Below are positions 19,442-28,256 of a stretch of 64,000 bases of DNA, piece by piece. The notes under the pieces are model-generated. The model was not told the origin of the DNA and did no database searches. It was given only the letters and a program-made list of their open reading frames with translations. The position numbers and the translations under genes were made by a program. Source of the DNA: PVC group bacterium (GTDB lineage: Bacteria > Omnitrophota > Gorgyraeia > B26-G9); NCBI GenBank assembly GCA_024231215.1, contig JAAEQR010000195.1, forward strand, positions 14,755 to 78,754, written 5' to 3'. Within the stretch, counting starts at the first letter, position 1. The number at the start of each line of letters is the position of its first letter.

Positions 19442-20428
19442 ATGAATATGGAAAATAAAGAAAAAAACGATGAGAAGGTTAGAAATGAATCAGTGGACGA
19501 GAAGATGGAGAATGCACTATGGGAATCCGAACAAATATATAAGAGTGTTGTAGAGAATATCGGTATTGGAATATCAATTGTAAATAATAATATGGAAATA
19601 TTATCATTAAATGGAAAGATGAGAGAATTGTTTCCTAGTATTGATATCTCAAAAAAACCTATATGCTATAAAACGTTTAATACACCCCCTAGAGAAGATG
19701 TCTGCTCTTATTGTCCGACATATAAAACACTGCAGGATGGACAGGTGCACGAATCTATAACAGAAACACCTGCTGGTGACAAAATTATTAATTTTAGAAT
19801 AATCTCATCTCCTATTAAAAATAAAGATGGAAAAGTAATAGCTGCGATAGAGATGACTGAAGATATCACCGAGCGCAAGAAGGCAGTAGAAGAACAGGCT
19901 GAAAGCGAGGAAAAGTTCAGAAATATTTTTTACGAATCTCCTTTTGGAATAGAACTTTTGGACTCGGAAGGAAAAATCATATCTATGAACAGCGCAATTA
20001 AGGAGATCTTCGGCCTGGTCGATCCTTCGCAGCTTCTTGGCAAGTTTAGCCTTTTGGATGACCCAAATGTTCCTGATGAAGTCAAATCGAGTATGAGGCA
20101 GGGTAAAACTATCAGATACGAATCTGTTTTTAACTTCGATGATGTCAAAAAACATAATTATTACGAAACGACGAAATCGGGCACCGGTCATCTTGAATAT
20201 GCTATTTCGCCTTTATGTGGCGTATCAGACAAGGTTATGCGCAATTATATCGTTCAGATAATAGACATCACCGAGCGCAAGAAGGCTGAGGGAGAGTTAA
20301 AAAATAAATTGAAAGAGCTTGAGCAGTTTCATGAACTTGCATGTGGTAGAGAGATGAAGATTATAGAAATGAAGAAGCAGGTGAACGCGATGTCAAGAGA
20401 ATTGGGCAGGCTAGAGCCGTATGAATAA
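19442..20428 (+). CDS. tandem-PAS protein with no output domain, cassette 2
   Basis: Two PAS/PAC units ending DITERKKA; C-terminal helix GREMKIIEMKKQVN. Confidence 0.88.
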   Translation: MNMENKEKNDEKVRNESVDEKMENALWESEQIYKSVVENIGIGISIVNNNMEILSLNGKMRELFPSIDISKKPICYKTFNTPPREDVCSYCPTYKTLQDGQVHESITETPAGDKIINFRIISSPIKNKDGKVIAAIEMTEDITERKKAVEEQAESEEKFRNIFYESPFGIELLDSEGKIISMNSAIKEIFGLVDPSQLLGKFSLLDDPNVPDEVKSSMRQGKTIRYESVFNFDDVKKHNYYETTKSGTGHLEYAISPLCGVSDKVMRNYIVQIIDITERKKAEGELKNKLKELEQFHELACGREMKIIEMKKQVNAMSRELGRLEPYE

Positions 20429-20485
20429 TAATTTGTTTCCCTGCCAATAACAGGGTCAGACCCGGAATACGGAAAACAATAAAAC

Positions 20486-20561
20486 ACATAACAACGCACT
20501 CCACCTAACCCCGCCAAGAAGTGGCGTGACAGGCTGGTGGGAGCGCGTGAAATAGTTAATA
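20486..20561 (+). mobile_element. degenerate attC-like site 2
   Basis: ACATAAC...GTTAATA ends; ACGCACTCCACC pairs with GGTGGGAGCGCGT; inner sequence similar to attC1. Confidence 0.6.
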
Positions 20562-20592
20562 AATATAAAAATATAAAGAATAGTGAAAGGAG

Positions 20593-20784
20593 TTGGTAAT
20601 GAAAAATTTGATAAATGCAATAATGATTTTGTTTAATTCTTTTTTGTCAGTTTCTTCTGCGTTTGCGCAATCCGGAGAGAATGCAGCTTCAGGAACACCG
20701 CTTAACGTGGTTATGTTTAAGTGGTTTGCAGGCGCAATAGTAGTAGTTGGTTTGATTAGAGTAATAAAGAGATCTATGGATTGA
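20593..20784 (+). CDS. small membrane protein
   Basis: AAGGAG RBS, signal-like N-terminus and C-terminal hydrophobic helix. Confidence 0.5.
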   Translation: MVMKNLINAIMILFNSFLSVSSAFAQSGENAASGTPLNVVMFKWFAGAIVVVGLIRVIKRSMD

Positions 20785-20848
20785 AACAAAAAAATGCGTG
20801 AGAAACCGCAAAATAGAGAATAAAATTCAATAACATTGGAGTTGGAAT

Positions 20849-21220
20849 ATGACTTTTTGCACATCAATTCATTGTATGGATGGAAGAATCCAGGAACCGA
20901 TCATGAAATATTTAAAAGATAATTTTGATGTAGATTATGTCGATACAATAACAGAACCCGGGCCATGTAAAATACTGGCTGAAAAAGAAAATAAGGTATT
21001 GGTGAGTTCAATTGTAAAACGGGTTGAAATATCAGTAAATAAACATGGATCGAAACTCATCGCTATTTCTGGACATTATGATTGCGCGGGGAATCTAAGT
21101 GATGAATTAACCCAAAAAAAGCAAATAGAAGAGTCAACGGCATATCTTAGAAATAACTATCCTGAAATGAAAATAATTGGATTGTGGATTGATAGTGGAT
21201 GGAATGTAAATAATGTATAA
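20849..21220 (+). CDS. putative beta-class carbonic anhydrase-like protein
   Basis: CMDGR and GHYDC zinc-ligand motifs. Confidence 0.75.
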   Translation: MTFCTSIHCMDGRIQEPIMKYLKDNFDVDYVDTITEPGPCKILAEKENKVLVSSIVKRVEISVNKHGSKLIAISGHYDCAGNLSDELTQKKQIEESTAYLRNNYPEMKIIGLWIDSGWNVNNV

Positions 21221-22016
21221 ACAGTCAATACACAGGATTATTTTTTCATGTATACTAATTACACTTGTTTTGTTTAGCTCAATTTGCTTTGCTAAGACTA
21301 AAGGTGGATTTACAGCAAAATCAGCTTTAGTTATGGATGCGGATAAGGGGACTATTATTTATCAAAGAGATCCTTATGTGCGTTTAGCCGCAGCAAGCAC
21401 CGTTAAAGTTTTAACCGCAGTGCTGGCGATGGAGAACTTATCAGAAGATCAGTGGATCGTGATCAGTAAGCGTGCAGAAGGAATTACTCCGACAAAGCTA
21501 TATATGCAGCAAGGGGTTAAATATAAAGTTAGTGACATGCTTAAAAGTTTGTTGATGAATTCAGCTAATGATTCCGGAGTTGCTTTAGCTGAGGCAATAT
21601 CTGATACAGAAATACAGTTTTCTTTGTTGATGAATGAACGGGCCAGGGAGTTGGGAGCTAAAAACAGCCGGTTTTTTAATGCTACGGGATTGCCCGAAGG
21701 TAAGAAATGGCAGTATTCAACGGCATATGATTTATGTTTGTTTATGAAAGAGGCATTACGTTATTCAAAATTAAGTAAATATATGCAGATGCAAAATACT
21801 GTAATTAAAGGGACTGATGGCAAAGAAATACAGGTTCGTAATCACAATAAAATGCTCAAGCGTAAAGGGAATACTCTTATCGGAAAAACCGGATATACCC
21901 GTCGGGCCGGACATTGTTTTTTAGGCATGTTTACTAGGGGAAAGCGCAGATATCTTATTGCCATGCAGGGCAGTCGGAAATTATGGGATGACTTGGAATA
22001 TTTGATGCGGCAATAA
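21213..22016 (+). CDS. D-alanyl-D-alanine carboxypeptidase (S11)
   Basis: SxxK (STVK), SxN (SAN), KTG. Confidence 0.93.
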   Translation: MYKQSIHRIIFSCILITLVLFSSICFAKTKGGFTAKSALVMDADKGTIIYQRDPYVRLAAASTVKVLTAVLAMENLSEDQWIVISKRAEGITPTKLYMQQGVKYKVSDMLKSLLMNSANDSGVALAEAISDTEIQFSLLMNERARELGAKNSRFFNATGLPEGKKWQYSTAYDLCLFMKEALRYSKLSKYMQMQNTVIKGTDGKEIQVRNHNKMLKRKGNTLIGKTGYTRRAGHCFLGMFTRGKRRYLIAMQGSRKLWDDLEYLMRQ

Positions 22017-22026
22017 AATATATAAG

Positions 22027-22069
22027 AAAAAAGCGATAGGCTGTATATATTAACCTATCGCTTTTAAAA
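22027..22069. terminator. probable bidirectional terminator
   Basis: AAAAGCGATAGG...CCTATCGCTTTT between convergent genes. Confidence 0.75.
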
Positions 22070-22082
22070 GATTTTTTCCCAA

Positions 22083-22268
22083 TTACTCCATTACTATTGC
22101 TTCTACCGGACAGCTGGAAGTTGCTTCTTTTGCCGATTCTTCCATTTCATCCGGAATCGGATCGAGAATAACAATAGCTTTATCGTCTTCCATCTGAAAT
22201 ACTTCAGCACAGACATTAACACATAGTCCGCATCCTACACAACCATCCGCATTAACAATCGCTTTCAT
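22083..22268 (-). CDS. single-cluster ferredoxin
   Basis: CVGCGLC...CPVEAI; AGGAGG RBS. Confidence 0.92.
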   Translation of the reverse strand: MKAIVNADGCVGCGLCVNVCAEVFQMEDDKAIVILDPIPDEMEESAKEATSSCPVEAIVME

Positions 22269-22387
22269 AAATATCCTCCTTTGTGTTCAATTTGATATTA
22301 TTATAAATCGAAATAATGCTCTATGCAATGGTTTTTTAGAAATTTTTTGGTAAAATGTTGTTATCAATAAATATCACAGGAGGTTAG

Positions 22388-22707
22388 GTGTTAAGGTTAT
22401 TGCTTTATTAAAAAAAGAGTATCCGAATGCTAAGATAGCATTGAACTTCAGCAATCCCATGGAATTGCTTGTAGCTACAGTTTTGTCTGCGCAATGTACG
22501 GATAAGAGGGGGAATATTATAACTAGAGGTTTGTTTGAAAAATATAAAACAGTGAATGATTATGCGCAAGCTGAAAAAGATTGGGGGGCATTAAATTATT
22601 TACTTATCGAACATGGTCGAAACGTATGTATCGCCCGGAATCCGCAGTGTGGCAGATGTTTTTTATCTGAATATTGTGCTTATTTTAGTATAAATAAGCA
22701 GGGGTAG
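22388..22707 (+). pseudogene. nth: endonuclease III remnant with internal deletion
   Basis: ELLVATVLSAQCTD joined directly to LIEHGRNVCIARNPQCGRCFLSEYC; HhH core missing; RBS-linked GTG is out of frame. Confidence 0.85.
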
Positions 22708-22934
22708 CAGCCGTTTTTCCTATCTTGCTGAGAATAAAGATGTTATGGAAAATGACATGATGATTGTTTGTTATGTTTAAAAGTCAGTATATATAGATAC
22801 TTATTAATATATGGAATTATATTGCAGAATACCTTGTGATTTGCTAGAATAACTATCTAGACTCGGGTATTTTTTGCCCGTAGTAGACTATACTATGAAA
22901 TATTCGGGTGAAAGCATTATTAAGGAGTTTTAAA

Positions 22935-23633
22935 TTGATACCGTTACGTGATAGTAATCCGTCAAGAAGTATGCCGGTTGTGACGGTATTGCTTATTATA
23001 ATAAATATCGCTATTTTTATGCGTGGGATCTTTTTAGGTCCTGAGTTTAAAAGTGTTTTTTATAGTTTTGCGGTTATCCCGAATAGTTATTTAGATATAC
23101 AATGGATGGAATTCAATAGTGTCTGGGAAAGTAATCGCAGGTTGATAAGTGCTTTGTTCTTGCACGGTGGTTGGCTGCATTTACTTGGCAATATGTGGTA
23201 TCTTTGGATATTTGGTGATAATGTCGAGGACAGGCTAGGTCCTGTACGCTTTTTGTTCTTTTATATATTATGCGGGGTTGCCGGAAATTTAGCTCATATT
23301 TTTATGAATACGCACTCTACCGTCCCCGCGGTAGGGGCAAGTGGTTGTATTGCCGGGGTTTTAGGGGCTTATTTTCTGATGTTTCCGGGAGCACGTATAG
23401 TTACGGTTCTGCCGATTTTCATTTTTTGGACAGTAGCAGAAGTGCGGGCGTTTTTCTTTTTGGGAATTTGGTTTGCAATTCAGTTTCTCAATGGGTTTTT
23501 TACGCTGCCAGGCGGTAAAAATATATCTGGGATAGCCTGGTGGGCGCATATCGGTGGTTTTATTGCCGGGATTATCCTCACATTTATTTTGGCTGGAAAA
23601 TCCAGGGGCAGGCGAAAAAAAGTAAGGTTTTAA
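22935..23633 (+). CDS. rhomboid intramembrane serine protease
   Basis: FLHGGWLHLLGNM, GASG, AHIGG. Confidence 0.94.
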   Translation: MIPLRDSNPSRSMPVVTVLLIIINIAIFMRGIFLGPEFKSVFYSFAVIPNSYLDIQWMEFNSVWESNRRLISALFLHGGWLHLLGNMWYLWIFGDNVEDRLGPVRFLFFYILCGVAGNLAHIFMNTHSTVPAVGASGCIAGVLGAYFLMFPGARIVTVLPIFIFWTVAEVRAFFFLGIWFAIQFLNGFFTLPGGKNISGIAWWAHIGGFIAGIILTFILAGKSRGRRKKVRF

Positions 23634-23638
23634 AGATC

Positions 23639-24316
23639 ATGTTATGGGAAGTTTCACTGGATAATATTTCGATTATTACTTATGCGGCTGTTTTTGCAGC
23701 GGGATTTTTTATTTGTTTTACTCCTTGCGTATATCCGATTATGCCGGTAATTATCGGATATCTCGGGGGGACGGAAAGCCAAACGAAAAAAGAAATTTTT
23801 TTCAAAGCGTTAAATTATATATTAGGTTTGGCTTTTGTTTACTCTGCACTTGGCGCGGTAGCTGCATTTACCGGGGGGTTATTCGGCAGATTACAGAGTG
23901 GGTTTTGGATTAACTTTATTGTTGCGAATATATTTATAATTTTTGGGCTTTTTATGCTCGATGTTTTTCAAATGCCTAAGATCGCATTTTTTCAAAGGAT
24001 TGCGGGGCGTCCAAAAGCGGGGCTTGGAGGAGCGTTTCTAATGGGCGGTATTTCCGGATTGGTGGTAGGCCCTTGCACTACCCCGGTTTTGGGGGGTATC
24101 CTGGCTTATGTAGCGGCTAAGCAAAATCCGGTTTTAGGGGTAACGCTTTTGTTTACTTATGCGATCGGGATGGGGGTTCCGCTACTGATTATCGGAACTT
24201 TTGTTGGTATATTGAAGAAGTTACCTAAATCCGGCGCATGGATGTTAAAAGTAAAAAAAGTTTTTGGAATTTTATTAATTGCAGTGGGTGAGTATCTTTT
24301 AATTTATATAAAATAA
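23639..24316 (+). CDS. CcdA/DsbD transmembrane-domain protein
   Basis: TPCVYP and GPCTTP cysteine motifs. Confidence 0.88.
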   Translation: MLWEVSLDNISIITYAAVFAAGFFICFTPCVYPIMPVIIGYLGGTESQTKKEIFFKALNYILGLAFVYSALGAVAAFTGGLFGRLQSGFWINFIVANIFIIFGLFMLDVFQMPKIAFFQRIAGRPKAGLGGAFLMGGISGLVVGPCTTPVLGGILAYVAAKQNPVLGVTLLFTYAIGMGVPLLIIGTFVGILKKLPKSGAWMLKVKKVFGILLIAVGEYLLIYIK

Positions 24317-24328
24317 AGGAATTGGTTT

Positions 24329-24925
24329 ATGGAGTGGTTGGAAAAATTTGATGAAATGCAAAGTTCTGCATTAAAAGAACTTGCTAATATAGGCATAAGT
24401 CATGCGGCGACGGCGATTGGCGAAATTGCTAAAGAAGAAATTGATGTTTCTTTACCGGAGCTAAAAGTTTTTTCTAAACAGGAGATTGTTGACTTAAACT
24501 CTGAGGGCAGATTAACCGGTGCCTATATGAAAGTTAGCGGGATTGCTGAGATTACCGAAACACTTATTATTGCCTCAGAAGATAGTGCCAGGGAATTGAT
24601 GAACAGATTTATCAACGGCTATACTGAAAATTTGACGTTGGATGAACAGAAAAGTATTTTTAAAGAGATTGCTACGATCATTTCAGCCACGTATTTTTCA
24701 GCTATTGGAGGACTGTTTAATATACAGATCCATCCCGGAATTCCTCAGGTGAGTTTTCAAAATGGAGGGATGATTGATCTTATGAATAGAAAAATGCTGC
24801 AAAATGAAGGCATTAGCATTAAGGCTTCACTTATGGGTAAAGAGTCTCGATTGCAGGTGCTATTTTTCTTAATTCCCGATCCGCAGACCTTAGACGGTTT
24901 TTTTAAAGGCATCGGGCTTATGTGA
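24329..24925 (+). CDS. CheC-family phosphatase
   Basis: [17 protein letters not shown] motif; second repeat KEIATI lacks Asn. Confidence 0.82.
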   Translation: MEWLEKFDEMQSSALKELANIGISHAATAIGEIAKEEIDVSLPELKVFSKQEIVDLNSEGRLTGAYMKVSGIAEITETLIIASEDSARELMNRFINGYTENLTLDEQKSIFKEIATIISATYFSAIGGLFNIQIHPGIPQVSFQNGGMIDLMNRKMLQNEGISIKASLMGKESRLQVLFFLIPDPQTLDGFFKGIGLM

Positions 24926-24938
24926 CAGATGTAATACT

Positions 24939-25355
24939 ATGCGAGAAGTGAAAAATCCAGTTCCTACCGTAGATATTATTATTGAATATGATGATGGCAT
25001 TGTGTTGATCGAACGAAAGAATCCACCATATGGCTGGGCTATCCCCGGCGGATTTGTCGACTATAACGAAAGCTTAGAAGAAGCAGCGGCTAGAGAAGCT
25101 AAAGAAGAAACGGGACTAGTAGTTTCTGGGCTTAGGCAGCTTCATACATATTCTAATCCGGAGCGGGATTCCAGACAGCATACTATTTCCACGGTTTTTA
25201 CAGCGAAGGGTAATGGAACATTGTGTGCGGATACAGATGCTAGTAATGCCGGAGTTTTTAGCGAAAACAAATTGCCTGAATGTTTTGCTTTTGATCATAA
25301 AAAAATTGTTGCAGATTATTTTGCCCGGAAAAGAGGAGAGGAGCCTGAATGGTAG
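24939..25355 (+). CDS. NUDIX hydrolase
   Basis: [24 protein letters not shown] Nudix box; AFDH. Confidence 0.93.
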   Translation: MREVKNPVPTVDIIIEYDDGIVLIERKNPPYGWAIPGGFVDYNESLEEAAAREAKEETGLVVSGLRQLHTYSNPERDSRQHTISTVFTAKGNGTLCADTDASNAGVFSENKLPECFAFDHKKIVADYFARKRGEEPEW

Positions 25356-25753
25356 AAGTAGCTTTGTTCAAGATTATTATGCATGAAAATAAGCATGATC
25401 AGGTTATTATATTGAAAGAAAAAGACGGCGATAAGCAGTTACCAATAATAATCGGAGTAGCTGAAGCTGCGGCTATAAAAATGAAGGTGAGTAATCTGCC
25501 GTCACCACGGCCGCTAACTCATGATTTGTTGAATAATATAATATTGGCAATTGGAGCATGTTTGGAGAAAGTAGTTATTACCAGGCTTGAGCACAATACT
25601 TTCTATGCGCGTTTGATTATAAGGCAGGATGAGACTAATTGTATAGATATTGATGCTCGACCTAGCGATAGTATTGCTTTGGCATTACGTGCGAATGCTC
25701 CGATTTTTGTAGAAGAAGAGGTTTTTTCTAAACTGCATTTTTTCAATGAGTAA
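25349..25753 (+). CDS. bifunctional nuclease (DUF151)
   Basis: [24 protein letters not shown]. Confidence 0.92.
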   Translation: MVEVALFKIIMHENKHDQVIILKEKDGDKQLPIIIGVAEAAAIKMKVSNLPSPRPLTHDLLNNIILAIGACLEKVVITRLEHNTFYARLIIRQDETNCIDIDARPSDSIALALRANAPIFVEEEVFSKLHFFNE

Positions 25754-27245
25754 TACAGTGAAAATTACCGCAACGGTAGTAAAAGAATTCAAGGATGATT
25801 TTGTATTCAAAAAGATAGGCAAGATTTCCCGACTGCTTAACAAGGAAGTATATCTGGTTGGTGGAGCAGTTCGGGATTTGTTCATTAAAAAAAATGTAAA
25901 AGGGCAAATTGATTGGGATTTTGCAATTAATAAAGGAGCCTTGGACTTTGCTGATAAATTGGCTCGGGAGCTTGGAGCATCGTTTATTGTTTTAGATAAG
26001 GTTAATAAAATTGCCCGGATTGTTTACAAAAAAAAATCGTGTAGTTATGAATTAGACTTTGCTGATTTCAGGGCGCTAAATTTAAAAGAAGATTTAAAAC
26101 GCCGCGATTTTACAATAAATACACTTTGTGTAAATACACGCGATATTTTAGAAAGCAGTCAAAAAAGTATCCAGTGTATTGATTATTTTAATGCATCCGA
26201 AGATATTCGTAAAAGATATATAAGAATAACGCGCAGGCAGAATTTTAAGGATGATCCTTTGCGTGTTTTACGCGGGGTTGCGTTTTCTGCGCAGTTAGGA
26301 TTTGTGATAGTTCCGGAGACTATGGCTTTGATCAAACGGCATGCTCGGGATTTGAAATATGTTGCTGCAGAACGGATCAGTGAAGAGTTGGTCAAGGTGT
26401 TTACAGTACCATATTGCAGTAAATATGTTGTGTATATGGATCAGCTTAAGATCATTGAAAATATTTTTCCGGAGATTTGTGCTTTGCGCGGCGTGGATCA
26501 GGGAGGGTATCATCATTTGGATGTCTGGGATCATTCATTGGAAGCCCTGGTTCAATTAGAAAAGCTTATAGGACAGATAGAAAAGAAAATACCTCGTAAA
26601 TATGTGAGCAATATACAGAATTATTTGAACGAGGAAGTTGTTTATGGCCGGCCGCGAATCTGGCTATTGAAATTATCAGCTCTTTTACACGATATTGCTA
26701 AGCCGAGCACAAAAATTGTGGGTGAAGACGGTTTTATGCATTTTTATACGCATGAGCGCGTTGGGGCGGAAATAACTGAAGATATCGGTTTGAGGTTGAA
26801 GTTATCGCTTAAAGAGATTGCGGTATTAAAAAATCTTGTACGTTTTCATTTGCGCCCGGGACAGATTGTTAATCGAATTCCGAGCAAAAGGGCAAAATTT
26901 AGATTTTTTCGGGATGCAAAAGAAAATGCTGTTTTGATTATTTTGTTAACGATTGCGGATCGTTGGGCAATGAGAGGTGTTTTAAGCCGCAAAAAAAGTT
27001 TTGTTTTTTTAGAAGATGAACTTTTCAAGATGATTGTTGAGTTTTTTTACAAAAAAACAAAAAAAGGCAGCCCGATTCGTTTGTTAGACGGGAATGGAAT
27101 TATGGAGACCTTAGGTATTTCCCCGGGACCGTTGGTTGGAGATATTCTAGCGCAGCTTGAAGAGGCTCAGGCTGTTGGTAATGTGAAAAACAAAAAAGAA
27201 GCAAAGAAGTTTGTGCGGCAAATATACGGAAAAGAAACTGAATGA
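25746..27245 (+). CDS. class II tRNA nucleotidyltransferase with HD domain (possibly CC-adding)
   Basis: LVGGAVRD, DWD, RRDFTIN, DDPLRVLR, LLHDIAK. Confidence 0.9.
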   Translation: MSNTVKITATVVKEFKDDFVFKKIGKISRLLNKEVYLVGGAVRDLFIKKNVKGQIDWDFAINKGALDFADKLARELGASFIVLDKVNKIARIVYKKKSCSYELDFADFRALNLKEDLKRRDFTINTLCVNTRDILESSQKSIQCIDYFNASEDIRKRYIRITRRQNFKDDPLRVLRGVAFSAQLGFVIVPETMALIKRHARDLKYVAAERISEELVKVFTVPYCSKYVVYMDQLKIIENIFPEICALRGVDQGGYHHLDVWDHSLEALVQLEKLIGQIEKKIPRKYVSNIQNYLNEEVVYGRPRIWLLKLSALLHDIAKPSTKIVGEDGFMHFYTHERVGAEITEDIGLRLKLSLKEIAVLKNLVRFHLRPGQIVNRIPSKRAKFRFFRDAKENAVLIILLTIADRWAMRGVLSRKKSFVFLEDELFKMIVEFFYKKTKKGSPIRLLDGNGIMETLGISPGPLVGDILAQLEEAQAVGNVKNKKEAKKFVRQIYGKETE

Positions 27246-28210
27246 GCGGATATCGGGCGAGGTATTTAGAGCTAAGCAAAGAAGTTTTTAAAAATAAGAT
27301 AGAACAAGCAAATTCTTATTTAAGAAACTGTTGTCTTTGCCCTCGCGAATGTAATATAAACCGAGTTATCGGAGAGACCGGGTTTTGCGGTGCAGGTGCG
27401 GATGTGGAAATTGCGCATTGGCAGATTCATTACGGAGAAGAGCCGCCCTTATCAGGAAAAAACGGTGCAGGTGCAGTATTTTTTGCTCATTGTAATTTAA
27501 AATGTGTTTATTGTCAGAACTACCAGATTAGTCAGCAATCAGGGATCAAAAAAAGTATAAGTGTTGATGATCTTTCTTCTGTTATGCTTGATTTGCAGAA
27601 ACAGGGCGCGCAGAATATTGACTTTGTATCACCGACACAATTTGCTGCGCAGATAATTGAGGCGGTTTATATTGCACGCAATAAAGGATTATCTTTACCG
27701 CTTGTATATAATACCAATGGTTATGAAAGAGTAGAAATCCTGAATTTGCTGGACGGGATAATTGATGTTTATCTGCCGGATTTTAAGTATTACGATGATT
27801 CGGCGGCTGTACGTTATTCAGAAGCTGTAGATTATACAGCAGTTGCGCAAAGAGCAATAAGCACGATGTATGCACAGACAGGAGATTTAGTGGTCGATTC
27901 CGGCGGATCTGCGCTGCGAGGTATATTATTGCGGCACTTAGTATTGCCGGAGGGTATTGCCGGAAGTATATCTGTGCTTAAGTTTTTAGCGGATCAGTTG
28001 GGAACAGATATCGGGTTAAGTCTGATGAGTCAGTATCATCCCTGTTATCGGGCAGATAGATTTTCAGAATTAAACCGGACGATAACAAGTAAAGAGTATG
28101 ATGAAGTGGTAGATTATGTGCAGGAACTTGGGTTTGAGAAATGTTGGATCCAGGAACTGGAAAGCCATAAGGTATATTTACCTGATTTCGAAAAAGAAGA
28201 TGTGTTTTAA
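27242..28210 (+). CDS. radical SAM protein, PflX-like
   Basis: CCLCPREC, HYGEEPPL, CNLKCVYCQN, YLPDFKY, RHLVLP. Confidence 0.9.
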   Translation: MSGYRARYLELSKEVFKNKIEQANSYLRNCCLCPRECNINRVIGETGFCGAGADVEIAHWQIHYGEEPPLSGKNGAGAVFFAHCNLKCVYCQNYQISQQSGIKKSISVDDLSSVMLDLQKQGAQNIDFVSPTQFAAQIIEAVYIARNKGLSLPLVYNTNGYERVEILNLLDGIIDVYLPDFKYYDDSAAVRYSEAVDYTAVAQRAISTMYAQTGDLVVDSGGSALRGILLRHLVLPEGIAGSISVLKFLADQLGTDIGLSLMSQYHPCYRADRFSELNRTITSKEYDEVVDYVQELGFEKCWIQELESHKVYLPDFEKEDVF

Positions 28211-28256
28211 CAGTAGTGTTAGTAGCTGTTGTTAACTAAAATAAGGAGTATTTGAA

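Noticed and set aside
20828-20847. CAATAAC...GTTGGAA as a third attC
   Set aside because: Far too short, with no L boxes or inner palindrome
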